Shown one piece after another: positions 46,671 to 59,150 of a DNA stretch of 59,150 bases. The notes under the pieces were generated by a model that saw only the letters and a program-made list of their open reading frames with translations, searched no databases and had not been told where the DNA came from. Origin of the DNA: Dimargaris cristalligena (taxonomy: Eukaryota). Every line of letters starts with the position of its first letter. The stretch's first letter is position 1. The position numbers were made by a program, and so were the translations under genes. The DNA is taken from positions 1 through 59,150 of the forward strand of contig ML002248.1 of the NCBI GenBank assembly GCA_003614675.1, given 5' to 3'.

Positions 46671-48858
46671 AGCGGGGCTAAGGGTGTTTGTTTAATAAAA
46701 AAAAAGTCAATAAAGCAGAGTGGATGCGTATATGGCAATGGGCCAGGGAGTGGGGAAGTGGAGGGCGGTTATAATGTAATGGTGGTTGGCATAGCAATAG
46801 AGTTAATGATACCGGGGGGGCTTATATATCCGTTTTCGAGATGATGCAACGGGCGGTATGGTCACTTCCATAAGACTGCCGCTGTCCAGTCAAGTTTACC
46901 GGTCTACAATAACTCAGTGCACAGTGCGGTTCTTGCACTATTTCTCTCAAATATCTGGCAAGGCTCTTTGTCAAACTAATTAGAAATATGGGTAATGGGA
47001 CCCCATTGCTCAGAGCTAACCTCCCTCTTTCTTTAGTCGACCATTAGCGAACTTTGGGTAGGTTTGGCTAGGTTATTGCACGCCTTTCCATGCCAACACT
47101 GACAATTCTCCTGTGTAATACCCGCTGGCTTCTGCCTACATGGCCGTGGCATTAGTGTCGATAATAAGGTCTGTCGTTTGGCCAATAAAACCCCTCAGCC
47201 ACTCCCGCCACCATGGTTTAAGTCGGAGTTGTTTCATCATAGTTGACTGTAACAGAGCGGCTTGATTAATGTAGCGGACATTCTATTACTCCATCTACCC
47301 TTCTTAGCATTCGGGTATGAATACTGGCAAATCCTCTATAATGACGAATTAATCCCCTTTCCTTCCCGCCCGTTCTTTCCCTGGGGTTTTAATTAATTTA
47401 AACCATACCCTCCATCTCTCCGGTATAGTTGCCCCCTTCGCTATTTTTTGTTTTTACCTGATAATTTTCCAGAGTCTTTGTCGCGGTTATATTGTTTAAT
47501 TAGTGGGGCTACAGGTCGCCAGGGGGTTGATCCCAATTTACACCATTGCAATGGCTGCTATTCTACCCCTCCCCCTCTTTTTAAATAGCACATTGCGCAT
47601 TGCCACCCTGGCCGCTATGGGGTAGGGTTTCTAAAATATGTAGCCCGCCATAGATCGTGCAGGATTGATACCCCCCGATTTTCGTTAATAATAAGGGATT
47701 CGCCCCCCCTCCATAATAATTATTCGTGACCCACCTGCCAATCCGCCCACACCTAATGCAAAAATGGCATGTTGAACCTCCGCTGAAATACCCTCAACCA
47801 AGCCAATAAAATGGCATACCGGGCGTATATCTGGACAGTAGGACTAGTACTGCCTTAGATTACATGGCTTGTGGAAGAATCCACGACAGCTACGGTACCA
47901 CCCCCGCTTCTCTTCTCTTCTGTTCACTTCTCTTCGATACCAAAGGCATGCCTGACTAAAGGTAATTTGAACTGTACCCCTATGAGCAATTCGCCTGAGG
48001 ATGAGTCTTCCCAAACCGCCGTAACTTCTTCCACCCGGTAGGTCGAGAATCGGCTTAAAATTGCGTTACTCGACTTTACCTCATCTTCCCTGTTTAATTG
48101 CCCATACACTTGGCCCCTTCTCCATCGCATGACACTATGCTTCACTCCTACACACATCACTTAAATGTCGAGGTATCCACCTATTCTTATATTACGTGAC
48201 AGAGCTATAGCTTACACCTTGGTAGTTGAAACATTTTACCACGTCTAGGAGACATTTCATGTATTTTACACTGTTATGTATTCAGTGCCACAACCTATAC
48301 GTAGGTAGTGAAGCAATGACCGATTTTCCATATATGCGAGTCTCCTAAAATATTTTACATAGAGTAATGCCAAATCCAATGTTACGCCTATGGTCTCTGT
48401 AGCGTCGTCACTACTCAGAAAAGGCCGGACATAGACGTTACCAATAACGAAGGATAGTGTGAAATTGTGAATGATACATTGACCGGAGAGATTGGCTATA
48501 CGTTGATGTTAGTCGCGGTGGACCAGTTAGCCACATATGTAATCAGTTGACCGGCTCTTACTGCTGCATCTTCGAAAGTCGGTATATGAGACCACAATGT
48601 TGATTATGCGGCGAATTCAGCCATCTGATGTAATGTAAACTATAGTTTTCTGGGTTGGTGGGCTATAATTTTTTTTTTGAAGAATACAGAGGCAAGCCCT
48701 GGCAATGATCGGTATAACTAAACTGCATTATTACACTAGTATAATATGGGGCCTCGCTCGCAGACCAGTAACTGCAGTATGCGTTGCAAAAATCAAATAT
48801 ACTCTATTAACTATAGATAGGCGTCACAACCAATGCATGCAACAGGGCCTTTGAAGTT

Positions 48859-49004
48859 CATATGGGTAAAATTCAAACCAGCTGTATAAGGTTGTACATA
48901 ATATATGTATGGGTGAATATATGTGAGAATAGCTTTTAACCAGTAATCTTGGCCGCATCCAATGGATTTTTCATTATACAGCCTGAATGAACTTCTCCCA
49001 TATG
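48859..49004 (-). repeat. ~146-bp MITE-like element, copy 2 (inverted)
   Basis: The reverse complement reads CATATGGGAGAAGTTCATTCAGGCTGTATAATGAAAAATCCATTGGATGCGGCCAAGATTACTGGTTAAAA...GAATTTTACCCATATG, colinear with copy 1. Confidence 0.8.
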
Positions 49005-49160
49005 AAGATAATGAATCAGGGTGTATACCTAAATCGTCTATTACACTATAAGATCTTAGTGGTCCGCTGGGCCATATACATGTATCTCAAATTTGTCTAG
49101 TACGTTCGCCCTTTTAGGGTATCAATTGGGAAGCAACGGATACAATACCCGCCTCCAATA

Positions 49161-49307
49161 GATATGGGGAGTAGTTCAACAAGGCTGTATAACGAAAAAT
49201 CCATTTGATGAGGCAAGTACTACTGGTTGGAAATAAACATCCCACTAATTTTCCCATACACATATTGGCTAAAACCTTATACAACCAAGCTGAACTTCAC
49301 CCATATC
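49161..49307 (+). repeat. ~147-bp MITE-like element, copy 3
   Basis: GATATGGGGAGTAGTTCAACAAGGCTGTATAACGAAAAATCCATT...TGAACTTCACCCATATC, colinear with copies 1 and 2. Confidence 0.8.
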
Positions 49308-49942
49308 ATGAGGAAGCAGCGTGCCGTAAAATAAACCAATCGGTACCAAATACACAAAACCTCCCCCAGCCAAGTAATGTCGTAATAAAGGTCGCATATC
49401 GCCAGCATAAAAAATGCAGTTTTGCCCTTTTTTACGCCTGGGTTTAACAATAGGCATTATAAAAAAATCGATATCTTAACTCCCAAGAGTGTGAATTACT
49501 ATCACAAAATTGACGCCTATTCGGCCATCGTGCCCTTATATTTCAATCCAGTAAAATACGTTAAACATAAATGTCAGGTTGTACGGTTTATTGTATCCAA
49601 TCTGGCAGCCTCTCCTTCAGTACGTTAATGAGCTCAATACGAAAGAGGTTGGCTGCACTGTACGGGCAAAATACATGACTTAGGTAAATTAAGAGCAAAG
49701 TGATTCGCTTTGCCCCAACAAAGGTGAATAACGAAAAGAAAAATGACTATTTATAATAGAAATGCTCTACTATATTGGCAATAAGAATAGACGACATTAA
49801 TGTCAGAGCAAACCGAAAAATCAAGTAAATAATTTCCAATAATGACGGCCCAATTTCCCCTGATTAACTCAGTAGCACCCGTTTGCATACAAATGACAAG
49901 TATATGACAAAGGGGTAACCAACTGGGGTGGAAAAACAATCA

Positions 49943-51415
49943 TTAGGGCGTCACTTCGGACTTGGCCGATACAAAACTGTCATGGGAAAGACTTGAATCA
50001 GCCGATTTCCGATTTGCCGCGGCGGCAGCGGAACGGGCAGCCAAGTTAGTGTCGCTGGGATCGGCGGGCTTCTGAATAGTATCTTCGTTATGGTGGGTCG
50101 CTTCGTCGTTATTCTCGGGATCGGACGACGAGCTGGACAATTTACGGAGGCGGTTAACCAAACGCAATTTATGAACCGCCCGCTGGAAGGTCCGCCGGGC
50201 CTTGGACTGTTCAATGACGTCGGGCAGCAGATCGTTGTCGAGGGCGGTGTGGCCCTCGAGCCAGTGGTGGTGAAGGGCCTGGTCGGCCGTTAACCGCTGT
50301 TGGGGATCGGGGTGGAGCAGGGCGCGGATGAACTCTTTGGCGCCCTCGGAGATACCCCACCAGTAGCGCTTGTCGAAGTTCACTTCGTGCCGCTCCATCA
50401 CCACTAGCATTTCCTGGGCGTTTTCGCAGAAATAGTACGGCGAGTAACCGCACAGAATGGTGAAGGTAATGATACCCAGACTCCACATGTCCACGGGCTT
50501 CCCGTAGCCCTTGCGCCGGATAATTTCGGGGGCCACGTAACCGTAGGAACCGCACACGGTGGTGAGTACGTCGTCGTCGCCGCGCATTGTCTTGGCGATA
50601 CCGAAATCGGCGATTACCAGGGGGGAATCCGCGCTGGTATCCTTGTATAACAGATTCTCGGGCTTCAAGTCACGGTGCACCACCTGGTGGTCGTGCAGGA
50701 ATTTCACCGCGGTAAAGACGGTACGCATTACCGAGACGGCATCCTGCTCGGAGAAACGGCCCTGTTGGCTGATCCGCTCAAAGAGCTCACCTCCCGTGGC
50801 CAGGGAGAAGACCAGGTAGTAGTTGTCGTTGCTTTCAAAATAATCATAGAGCTCGACGATATTTTCGTTATGGAGATTCCGCATGACGTTTATTTCCTTA
50901 TTGACCATGGTGGGGTCGCCATTGAGCAGTGACTTCCGGATGACCTTGATGGCCACGTGGACCTTGTCTTTGCGCCGGACACATTCGTATACTTCGCCAA
51001 AGGTGCCGCTGCCTAAGTCAGGGAGGGGAGTAAGCCAGCGTCGATACAGAAAGGAGGGGGGTTCAAATTAGCAGAGTGGAATGGAGGGACTTTAGCATCT
51101 CCCTTGGTAGCAAAGAAAGGTTGGATAGACGGGAAGCCAAAACAGCTGGGCCAGCCGGGAGGTGCTGCTGGGGGGTAATGAGAGGACCGCCCCTGGCCCA
51201 TAACGCCGAGGACGGGGGTGCTATTCGGGTACCAATGCCCAAGTCTTTTACAGCACCCTTCTGGTAGAATGGTTCTGTTGGTAATACCTTTTCTTCGTTT
51301 GAGTCAACGTCAAAGGGGAGGGGTACTTACCGAGTATCTTGCCGAAGGTGTATTCCTTCTTTCTGTAGTAAGTAGGAGGTTGGGGGGTCTTTTTCATTAG
51401 ATCAAGGAGGCCCAT
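49943..51415 (-). CDS. Ca2+/calmodulin-dependent protein kinase (fungal CMK1/2-like); 2 exons, ~384 aa
   Basis: Exons 51415-51331 and 51012-49943 give KKEYTFGKILGSGTFGEV. Motifs VAIK, GGELFERI, HRDLKPENLL, IADFG, TVCGSYGYVAPE and GKPVDMWSLG, plus a basic CaM-binding helix ARRTFQRAVHKLRLVNRLRKL. Confidence 0.95.
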
Positions 51416-52498
51416 GGTTACAATAGATTAGCGAGGCGCTGGGCGAAATAGGGGGTAGGAATGGCTGAAGCGGATGGGGAAAAGGGGGGAAAAGGCAATA
51501 TAAACTGAACGAAGAGTAGAGTAGAGGAAGAGAAGCGTGGGGAGGGAGGGTATCCAAAAGGGTATGTTACAATAGCAGTGGAAAATCGAAGCTCAGAAGA
51601 CCGAGGCAACACTCGGTTAACAATGATAATGAACGATGGGTCCCATCTTCTCTATTATATATAGCAGGTGTAGGCAGAATGAATGCATGCATACAGGGAT
51701 TGGCATTATCCTAGCTAGGAGTTTGGCTGTATTACTCTACTACTGGTCCGTTTATTGCCATTAAGCTCTTTTGTATGGGCCCAGTCATAATAGTGTGTGG
51801 AAAATCCGAAGCACTTCCCTTTCCTTCCCTCCGTTAGGAACCACCCGACCTTGCTTGGGCGGTGGGAATGACGACAGTCCTGCCGAAAACGAAGTCCTCT
51901 AGCCCAGCACCTAAAGGACATGTGGGCTGTACTTCGTCGAATACAGCGACGGGCCAATCAATAGCGCTAGTGGGCATGCTCTATGGAACCTTCGGTTTCC
52001 AATTCGCCACTTGGACTGTTCTAGCAATCCCCCTATTCTGTTACACACACCACCTATCTTCACCAGGCTCCTTTTCAACAATAACCCTTTCTCGCCAATG
52101 GTACCGTTCTAGTTCGCTAGGCCGCTTTTGGGAAACACTATAAGCGGTCGGAGGATCCCGCTGTAAAGCTAGGCGCAGCAACAATCGCGCACCCTGTCGG
52201 GAAAACCGAACCAGTTAGTAATATTCGATGGGGTTCAGGAGCTTAAAGGTACCGGGACAATCTACAGACCTAACCGCTTCAGTGGGTTATTACGTCGAGA
52301 GAAATAGGGGTTTTAATTAAATGCAAATGTATTGTGTGATTATGTGATTATATTGGGGCAAAGGTGCCAAGACGTGCTCCGTCATAAAGCGGGCTAGTCT
52401 TGGCAGTTCAATCGAGGGTGATAAATGTAGGTGTAGGTATAGGGAGAGCAGTCCACAATACTCATTAGAGGTGGTTCCGAAGGTCCTCCCCATCGGGA

Positions 52499-54388
52499 CT
52501 AACGGAGTGGCCGGGACCCGCGGAATTCCTGCACCACCTGCTCGTAGAAGGGGTCGTCCGTTAGGACCTTGAGGGCAATCATCGACAGAACCACCCCCGC
52601 CTTCCAAGTCTGCTCGTGGGCAATGGCCGACTGACAGGCAGTCCGGAACTCGTCGGTGTGTAAATTACACGTGGTTCCCACACCGATGCGGTACATGGGG
52701 TGGATGCTCGGCTTCACAAACGACACATTGCCCATGTCAGTGCTGGCGCGGGCCAACCGCATTTGCTCGTCACGTGGCATGAACGAGGTCTGGTACAATC
52801 GTTCCATGTAGGACTGGTACAGACCCGCCAAGGCCCCGTTGAGATTCATTTCCATGTACATGGGGTCCCAGCTCTGGGTCAGCTGACAGCCTGTGGACCG
52901 CACCACGCCCTCCAGAATATCCGTCACGCGACCCTTGAGGGTATGGGTCAGCGTCCGGGCCGTCTCGGAACGTAGCACGTAGTTGGCGCTGGCGTGCTTC
53001 GGAATCACATTGTTCGCCCGACCCCCGCCGTCGCTAATAATACCATGGATCTGAGTGCCCGGGGGCAGTTGCTGGCGGTACATGGCGATAGCCGTATACG
53101 ACTGGACCACCGCATCCAGCGCGTTGAGCCCCTCCCAGGGTGAAATGGCCGCATGGGCCGATTTGCCGTGGTAGTGGACCGATACACCTTGCAAAGCTAG
53201 GGTACGCATAAATGCCAAATCCTGGTTGCCCGGGTGCGCGATAAGGCATACATCGGGGTATTTGAGGTAGCCTCCCTCAATGAGTTCAATTTTACCCCCC
53301 AGATTTTCCTCGTCGGGGGACCCAAACACATTAATTTGCCCGTCGATGCCGAACTGGTCCATAGCCACCTTTGTAGCTAGTGTTTTTTCATAATTATATG
53401 TAGATAGATCGATATAAGCACCAGCACATGAATATCGAAAATACTGCACACATCCTACCAAGCCCATGTATCGAGCTTCATTATCCAGAAATGGCACGCG
53501 CAATCTGGAGACTCTCGCCAAGTCCAATAATGTATTCCTTGAACCTACCTATGGCTGAGGCAACCGTTCCAACTGCTATTAAATTATGCCCACAGGCATG
53601 GCCGATATCCGGTAGAGCGTCATATCTGGAAATGGAATACAAAGTACATTACAACATACAAAATTTTCCACCAAATTGTTGATGATTAGTCGAGATGGTC
53701 GCGATGGTCATATAATCATGTGGCGCAGTACGGCTGAATTTTTTAGTCAAGGAATCCACCCGCCAATACACATTTATCCATTGTCATGGCGATGGGGCGT
53801 AGAGCTTACTCGGTGAAGAAGCCAATGATCCGGGAGTGTTCGTTGAAGCCGGCCGACTCGTATGTGGCCACAAAGGCGGTGTCCATGTTGGCCGCCTGGT
53901 ACTCAATTTGGAATCCGTGTCGTTCGAGGAACTCGGTCAACAACCGACAGGCTACGATTTCTTGGCCACCCACCTCGGGGTTCTCGAAAATCTGGCATAC
54001 GCGATAACAAAAATACCAGTAGCCAGTAGGAGTGTAAATAGACCCAGTCAGTATCCCAAATATCCGTCCGTACGCACGGTATCACTAGTCCGTGTATTGG
54101 CTGTATCAGCCTATGGCAGAGATTCGCCTTGTAATATCGACTCTGCTTCAATTAAGCAATGTTGGTTTTGCGTCTTACCTGTAGGCTAATCTGACGTAGG
54201 TCGGGGGCAAGTCGGACGATTTCTTCGCGAATAGTATGGTACCAGTCATCCTCAGCTGGATCTAGTTGATCATTTGATATCCGTGGCTCTGGCTCCTCGA
54301 AATCTAGTAAGTCAGACCCGGTTGAGCCGTGATCAGTATCGGCCAACATGGGCGTCGGAATATCGAGCTTGCTGGGTAACGAGGACAT
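52499..54388 (-). CDS. Peptidase M20D / Acy1L2 (PM20D2-like) amidohydrolase; 4 exons, ~448 aa
   Basis: Exons 54388-54179, 53991-53810, 53625-53549 and 53376-52499 join in frame. Motifs ENPE, EYDALPDIGHACGHNLIA, PDEE, HPG, GKSAHAAISPWEGLNALDA and STDMGNVS. Confidence 0.92.
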
Positions 54389-54733
54389 GGCTATTATGGG
54401 TAGAATGTATATAAATGAATGTAGCTAGAAAAAGAATAACTCGGGCGTTCAATGATAAGATATTTTATAGGGAAACCGGAAAGGAAGAGGAGGTATACGG
54501 CTCAGGGCTTTGGTCAAGTATTAAAATATACCAGGGCAAAGTGGTTTGGCCAGGCGAATTCAGCCAGACTGGAGTATGTCGATTACGTATGCTAGACAGT
54601 TAGGCTCATAAGCAAGAAAGTCAGTCGGGTTCGATTGAGGTTAATCCAGGGATATACTGAAAAGTAGTAGTGTATAGGAGTGGTACTGAGAATAGAGCGA
54701 GTGAATTAATGTTAATGCAAGTGCAACGTATGA

Positions 54734-54769
54734 GGGGGGGGATAGGTATTGAAAGGGATAATGGTAATT
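54734..54769. repeat. 36-bp exact direct repeat; second copy at 59115-59150
   Basis: GGGGGGGGATAGGTATTGAAAGGGATAATGGTAATT occurs identically at both positions. Confidence 0.9.
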
Positions 54770-56383
54770 ATTAAGGTAGTAAGTAATACTAAAATGGGCG
54801 TAGGCGGCACCGCTACCTAACTTGTAAGAAGGGATAGAGAGAAGACGTGTCGATTCGATAGGTGTTAGCTTCTTGACCCGCCCGATAGATTGGCCCGACT
54901 ATTTAGCATAGTGCTGCGCGCAATTACCGCCACGCCTCTCCATCTTTCTCTTGTTGACTTCCTCTCACCCTCTCGTCTGGGACTGCTAATAATGCTAAGC
55001 GAGAGGCATAGTAAATCTTGAAAGGAAGGGTTCATTGTAGGGAGGGGAATGAGGAGGGAGGGCTTGATCCCGAAGTTAAATTTGTTGGGCGACGTACATT
55101 TCCCGACTGAGGAACTCCACCTTCTGCGGATACATGCAAACCCGAATTTCGGGTAAACCCCTTCTCCCCCACTGTCGGCCGATTTAAACAATTCTCGGGT
55201 TTCAGGTGCATCCAGCTAATACTCCACGGTGCTCCTCTCTCAGCATTACCTCCCTTTACATCGGAGGAGGTGCCTTTGAATTCTTCCATTGCGCTCCTGG
55301 TAGGTTTCACCTATCAGTGAGACGGGGCGATGTGAAACATGGCCGTTATGACTTACATATATATAGCTCTTGTTTACTGAGCCCGTCTGCCAGTATAGCC
55401 TCAACTATCGACGTGCTGCTGCAGGGGTCTCTTGGCCTTTGCTGTTTCCCGTATTGCTCTGATGGCTTCAATTACCAGTTTATACCCAAATGCATTTGCA
55501 TTATACTCTACTGATAGATCTGGCTCGACTGTAGTTAAATATCATACCGAATTAATGGGGAATTTTCTAGCTGAGTATTTAGCCAATGATCTGACTTGGG
55601 TCTAGGCCCAAAGATCCCCCTGCCACCCTGACCAAGTCCTAGAATAGTAGCAGCACACAATGTACGTAACCCTTTTTCTAGGCAGAGCCAGCCCAAAGGA
55701 TTCCGCCCATTAGGTTAATAGTGGTCTGTCCCAAACAGTCCTGGCTTAGCTGGCTACCCCAGGTGTGGAGGATTCCATTTATCTCACTGGGTCAATCGCC
55801 TGGCTATACTGTGTACCCTGTAGTTATTATGTGACCAAAGAGCCCGCCTCATCACCTTCGGATTTAGCCGAGTTGTTTTTTGATACCGCACTTGGGTAAC
55901 GCTGGTTATCGAGGCTTACGAACCTTCCTGAGAATTGGGAGAGCTATGACATGTCCCTAATGGGCCCAGCCGCTGCCGGGTGGGTTACACATGACCGTTG
56001 CCACTCTCGCCTTATAAAGCGGGGGGAAGGAGATAAGCCGGCACTGTTTATGTGTGTATTGCTACTGCCTCCCCCGTCCCCACATGATCTGCGTGATAGA
56101 GCGCCTATGTGTTGTCACGGACCTGCCTCACTCCTTAGTTCCCAAGAGAAGGTTCCACTATCTGCGCTTTCGCTGGTCGCGGTCAAGCGCTCAGCGCTGC
56201 TACCTCTTGGCACAACGCTGATAGTCCTTCAGCTTAGTCCGCCTTTATGACTATTCCATCTAGCTATTATTCCCTTCTTATTCAATTGCACCCGAATACA
56301 TCCCCCATTCGACTCCGTCCCCTTACCTTATTGATTATCGTTTACCTTATAGCCCCGTCCGGACCAATTCATAAGCCGGTACC

Positions 56384-57235
56384 ATGCATTTCCCCTCGCT
56401 ACCAGCTGGCCAGACCCTGGCCGCTTCTTTACTCCTAGCGCTTTCCGCCACCCCACGCGCCACCGCCCACGACGAGGCCCACCAATGCACCCTCAAAGAC
56501 CCTAATTCCGAAAACTACTACAATTTGCGCGCCCTGCGCCACGCCACTTCCGGGGAGGATGACTGGGAGGTCGAGCCCTTTAATTCCGGCTACCAGTTCC
56601 GTCTCAATGTCTGCCATGCCCTGACGGGTGACACATCCAAACTGCGCAACGCCCGACAGACGGCCGCCCTGGCCATGCGGGATGACCAAGTGTGGTCGCT
56701 TGGGCAAGCCAGCCACGACCTCCGCGTGCGCGGCGACCGTCTGGTGCTCAAATACGCCGACGGGGACCGTTGTGAAGTGCCCGGTGGGGCCGGGACTAAA
56801 TCCGATTATTACCGTACTTCGGTCCTGTCCCTGGTGTGTGACAAGAATGTCCGCGGATTGGGCAAACCCGAGTTTGTGGATCAAGTGGACTCGTGCGCCT
56901 ATTTCTTCGAGTGGCGGACCCCCGTGGCTTGTCCCACCTCCGAGCCGAGCGACAGTAGTGCCGGGGGGACCTTCTTCGTGGCCATCTTCATTCTAGTGGC
57001 CATTTATATGTTCTTCGGCGTCCTCTATAACCGTCTCACCAAACAGGCCCGGGGTCTCGAACAAATCCCCCACTACCACTTGTGGAAAGGCGGGTTTGAG
57101 TTCGTTAAGGATATGACCCAGATCATCTTGGCTAGTATCATCGGCTACTTCCAGAACCGTCGCACCGCTCGTAATAGCCGCTATCAACACATTGGGGAGA
57201 GCGACGCCAACACCCTGATAGATGACGACTTTTAA
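56384..57235 (+). CDS. Mannose-6-phosphate-receptor-like type I membrane protein (single MRH domain; CD-MPR/Mrl1/Atg27 family)
   Basis: Signal peptide, then an MRH-type Cys pattern (CTLKDP..YYNL, FRLNVC, LKYADGDRC, LVCD, CAYFFEWRTPVAC), one TM helix, GLEQIPHYHLW, and an acidic tail (LIDDDF). Confidence 0.9.
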   Translation: MHFPSLPAGQTLAASLLLALSATPRATAHDEAHQCTLKDPNSENYYNLRALRHATSGEDDWEVEPFNSGYQFRLNVCHALTGDTSKLRNARQTAALAMRDDQVWSLGQASHDLRVRGDRLVLKYADGDRCEVPGGAGTKSDYYRTSVLSLVCDKNVRGLGKPEFVDQVDSCAYFFEWRTPVACPTSEPSDSSAGGTFFVAIFILVAIYMFFGVLYNRLTKQARGLEQIPHYHLWKGGFEFVKDMTQIILASIIGYFQNRRTARNSRYQHIGESDANTLIDDDF

Positions 57236-57650
57236 ATCATTAAATACAATGGGTCAATACGGTTCATATAGGAAGTTCGCCTGATTATCTTGATTTTATA
57301 GGGGGGGAGGGGGTGGACTATTTGGCGGGTCGACGATAGGTGGCTGTGCTCTCCAACCCTGCCTATCATCCCCCCGCCCTTATTACTATCGTACTTGTGT
57401 GATTTTCTTCATTCGCACTCGCTTGGACAGATTTGTTAAAGAAATCCCTCTTCATCGGTTATCGGATTTTTAATAACATGACTAAATCACCTGCCTAGGC
57501 CAGGACTGTATCTATTTCTTTATTTTCTTCTCATGCCACATTTTTCAACATCTGCCTCCGCTCTTATATATTCATTACAAAACTTTTGAAAAATAATATA
57601 TACCATTTTTTTTGCGCGATAATAATAGTAGTTAGATCAGCCGATGGTCA

Positions 57651-59109
57651 TTAACGTTTGGATCGGAATTCGTCACTCAAGTGTTCCAGCGAAGTCTTGG
57701 GCTTGGTGCCGCTGGCATAGCGAATGGTCCGGAAAGTCGATAGCGAGTCGGTTATTTCAGTTGAGTTGAAATAAGCAATTGACTCCGCTAGTGGCAGATC
57801 CTCGGCGGACAGAATGCTGATGACTAGCACATGAAATACAAGCATCCAGGGGGTACCCACCCAAATTGTAAATAGAATCAACCCAAACAAAAAATTAAGT
57901 TAATGATACTGAGCATTCGCATAGAAATCGCAATAATATACCAGGGCCGACGTGCTATCACCTAAAGGGCTCATCATGCCACTCCAAAAAAAAAACAGCT
58001 CAAGTATAAAAAAAAAGCAACTTACCTTCACCCTTTTGGCCTGCGCGGCCCGTACGACCAGCTGAGTGAATGTATTCGTGGGCCGTACGAACAAAGTCCG
58101 CTAAAATCACCTGAGCCACATGGGGGAGATCCATTCCCCGGTGCAGGCTATCCGATGTAAATACCAGGTTGATCGGGCCCGATCCCGTCGTCGTAGAAGA
58201 AGGGGCAGTCGTTGTGTTGATTGGTGTAGTGATTTCGCGAAGTAACTCAGCCCGCTCGGACTCGTCCAGTTCCCGGCTGTACAAGCGAGGTTGGACATTG
58301 GCCCACACTGTCGCTAGTGATGTAGCCCCTACTTCCTCTTCTTCTTCTTTACCCGTCTGCACAGTCATCGGGGACCTCAAATTAATCCGGGCCATGGCTC
58401 GGTTGTAGTACATTTGGGCAGCAAGAGGATCCCGACAGAACACCATAACCAACGGCGGGTGGGCCGGACCTGGAGTAGCAGATTCGCCTTTGGAGATGGC
58501 ATCCCGGAGTCGGGCCATACTGTGGGCAATCACCTCGGCCACAAACTGGGCCTTCGTGGTGCGGGGGGCGGTCAAGGGATGATCCCACTGCAGCATCATT
58601 TCACTAGTATTAGCATTAATAACGAACGCCTGGGATTCCTTCAGGTAAAGGGCCTTGGGGAAACCCCGGGCCAGATAGGCCCGCACCGACTTCTTGTTGA
58701 ACCGCGGACAAAGGGTGGCTCCACTAAAGATAAACTGGCGCGACGGCAACGGATCTAAGGGCGCCGGGAGTGGCACCGGGGCGGAGGAGTCGCTGCTAGA
58801 GGGATCGTCGTTACGTTGGTGGTCCGATCCGCGGGACTGGCCCAGTTTCTCCAGGCGCTTGAGATAGGCGTGGTGGTTCCAGGTTACGGGGGCCACCGGA
58901 TGATCCTTCAAATCCCGGGTAAGTAGCCATAATAGACGGGTGGTTAGGCGGGCTTCGGATCCGCCCAGGGCCACATCCATCTCGTCAATCACGACAAACC
59001 GAGTATCGGCCAATTTGGTCCGTAAGCGCTTGGTCGCGGCGTTGGTCTTTTGCGAGCTTAGGGCACCGAGACCCAGGGCGGATGGGGTGGTCACTAGAAT
59101 ATAGGGGTG
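57651..59109 (-). CDS. DEAD-box RNA helicase, 3' part only (possibly mitochondrial Mrh4/DDX28-like); the 5' part lies outside the window
   Basis: ILVTTP (motif Ib-like), VVIDEMD (II), FSGAT (III), MVFC (IV), HRGMDLP (V) and HSAGRTGR (VI). Intron 58025-57824; last exon 57823-57651. The upstream boundary is uncertain (candidate acceptor ACCAG ending at 59110). Confidence 0.85.
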
Positions 59110-59150
59110 CTGGTGGGGGGGGATAGGTATTGAAAGGGATAATGGTAATT

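Noticed and set aside
42983-54388. Idea that the SLC35F transporter and M20 amidohydrolase belong to an NRPS gene cluster
   Set aside because: Both look like ordinary conserved eukaryotic genes with introns and are separated by a CaM kinase; only proximity supports a link.
54865-55514. Short ORFs beside the 36-bp repeat, considered as displaced 5' exons of the helicase
   Set aside because: No helicase Q motif or motif I, and the helicase-equivalent frame hits TAA at ~54770.

Overview
Eukaryotic, fungal-type genomic DNA with GT-AG introns of about 170-1200 nt. The gene style suggests an early-diverging fungus, possibly a Dimargaris-like Zoopagomycota (inference only). The centre is a single-exon 22.4-kb, 7466-aa NRPS gene with no tailoring genes nearby. 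Its architecture is half-C, A-T-C, [dead A-T-C], A-T-E-C, A-T-C, A-T-E-C, A-T, then an E-derived terminal domain. That gives five intact A domains, two intact epimerases, one degenerate but in-frame module, and no TE or R domain. Flanking genes are a P-type H+-ATPase (PMA1), an Apd1/Aim32-type ferredoxin fused to an adrenodoxin-type ferredoxin, a UPF0658-like membrane protein, an orphan possibly secreted protein with a duplicated PPxY-type motif, an SLC35F transporter, a small prepro-cationic peptide, a CaM kinase, an M20 amidohydrolase, a mannose-6-phosphate-receptor-like protein and a partial DEAD-box helicase. Non-coding DNA holds three copies of a ~146-bp element with long imperfect inverted termini, and a 36-bp exact repeat at the right edge. 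Splice models and domain limits were read by eye; domain boundaries are approximate.
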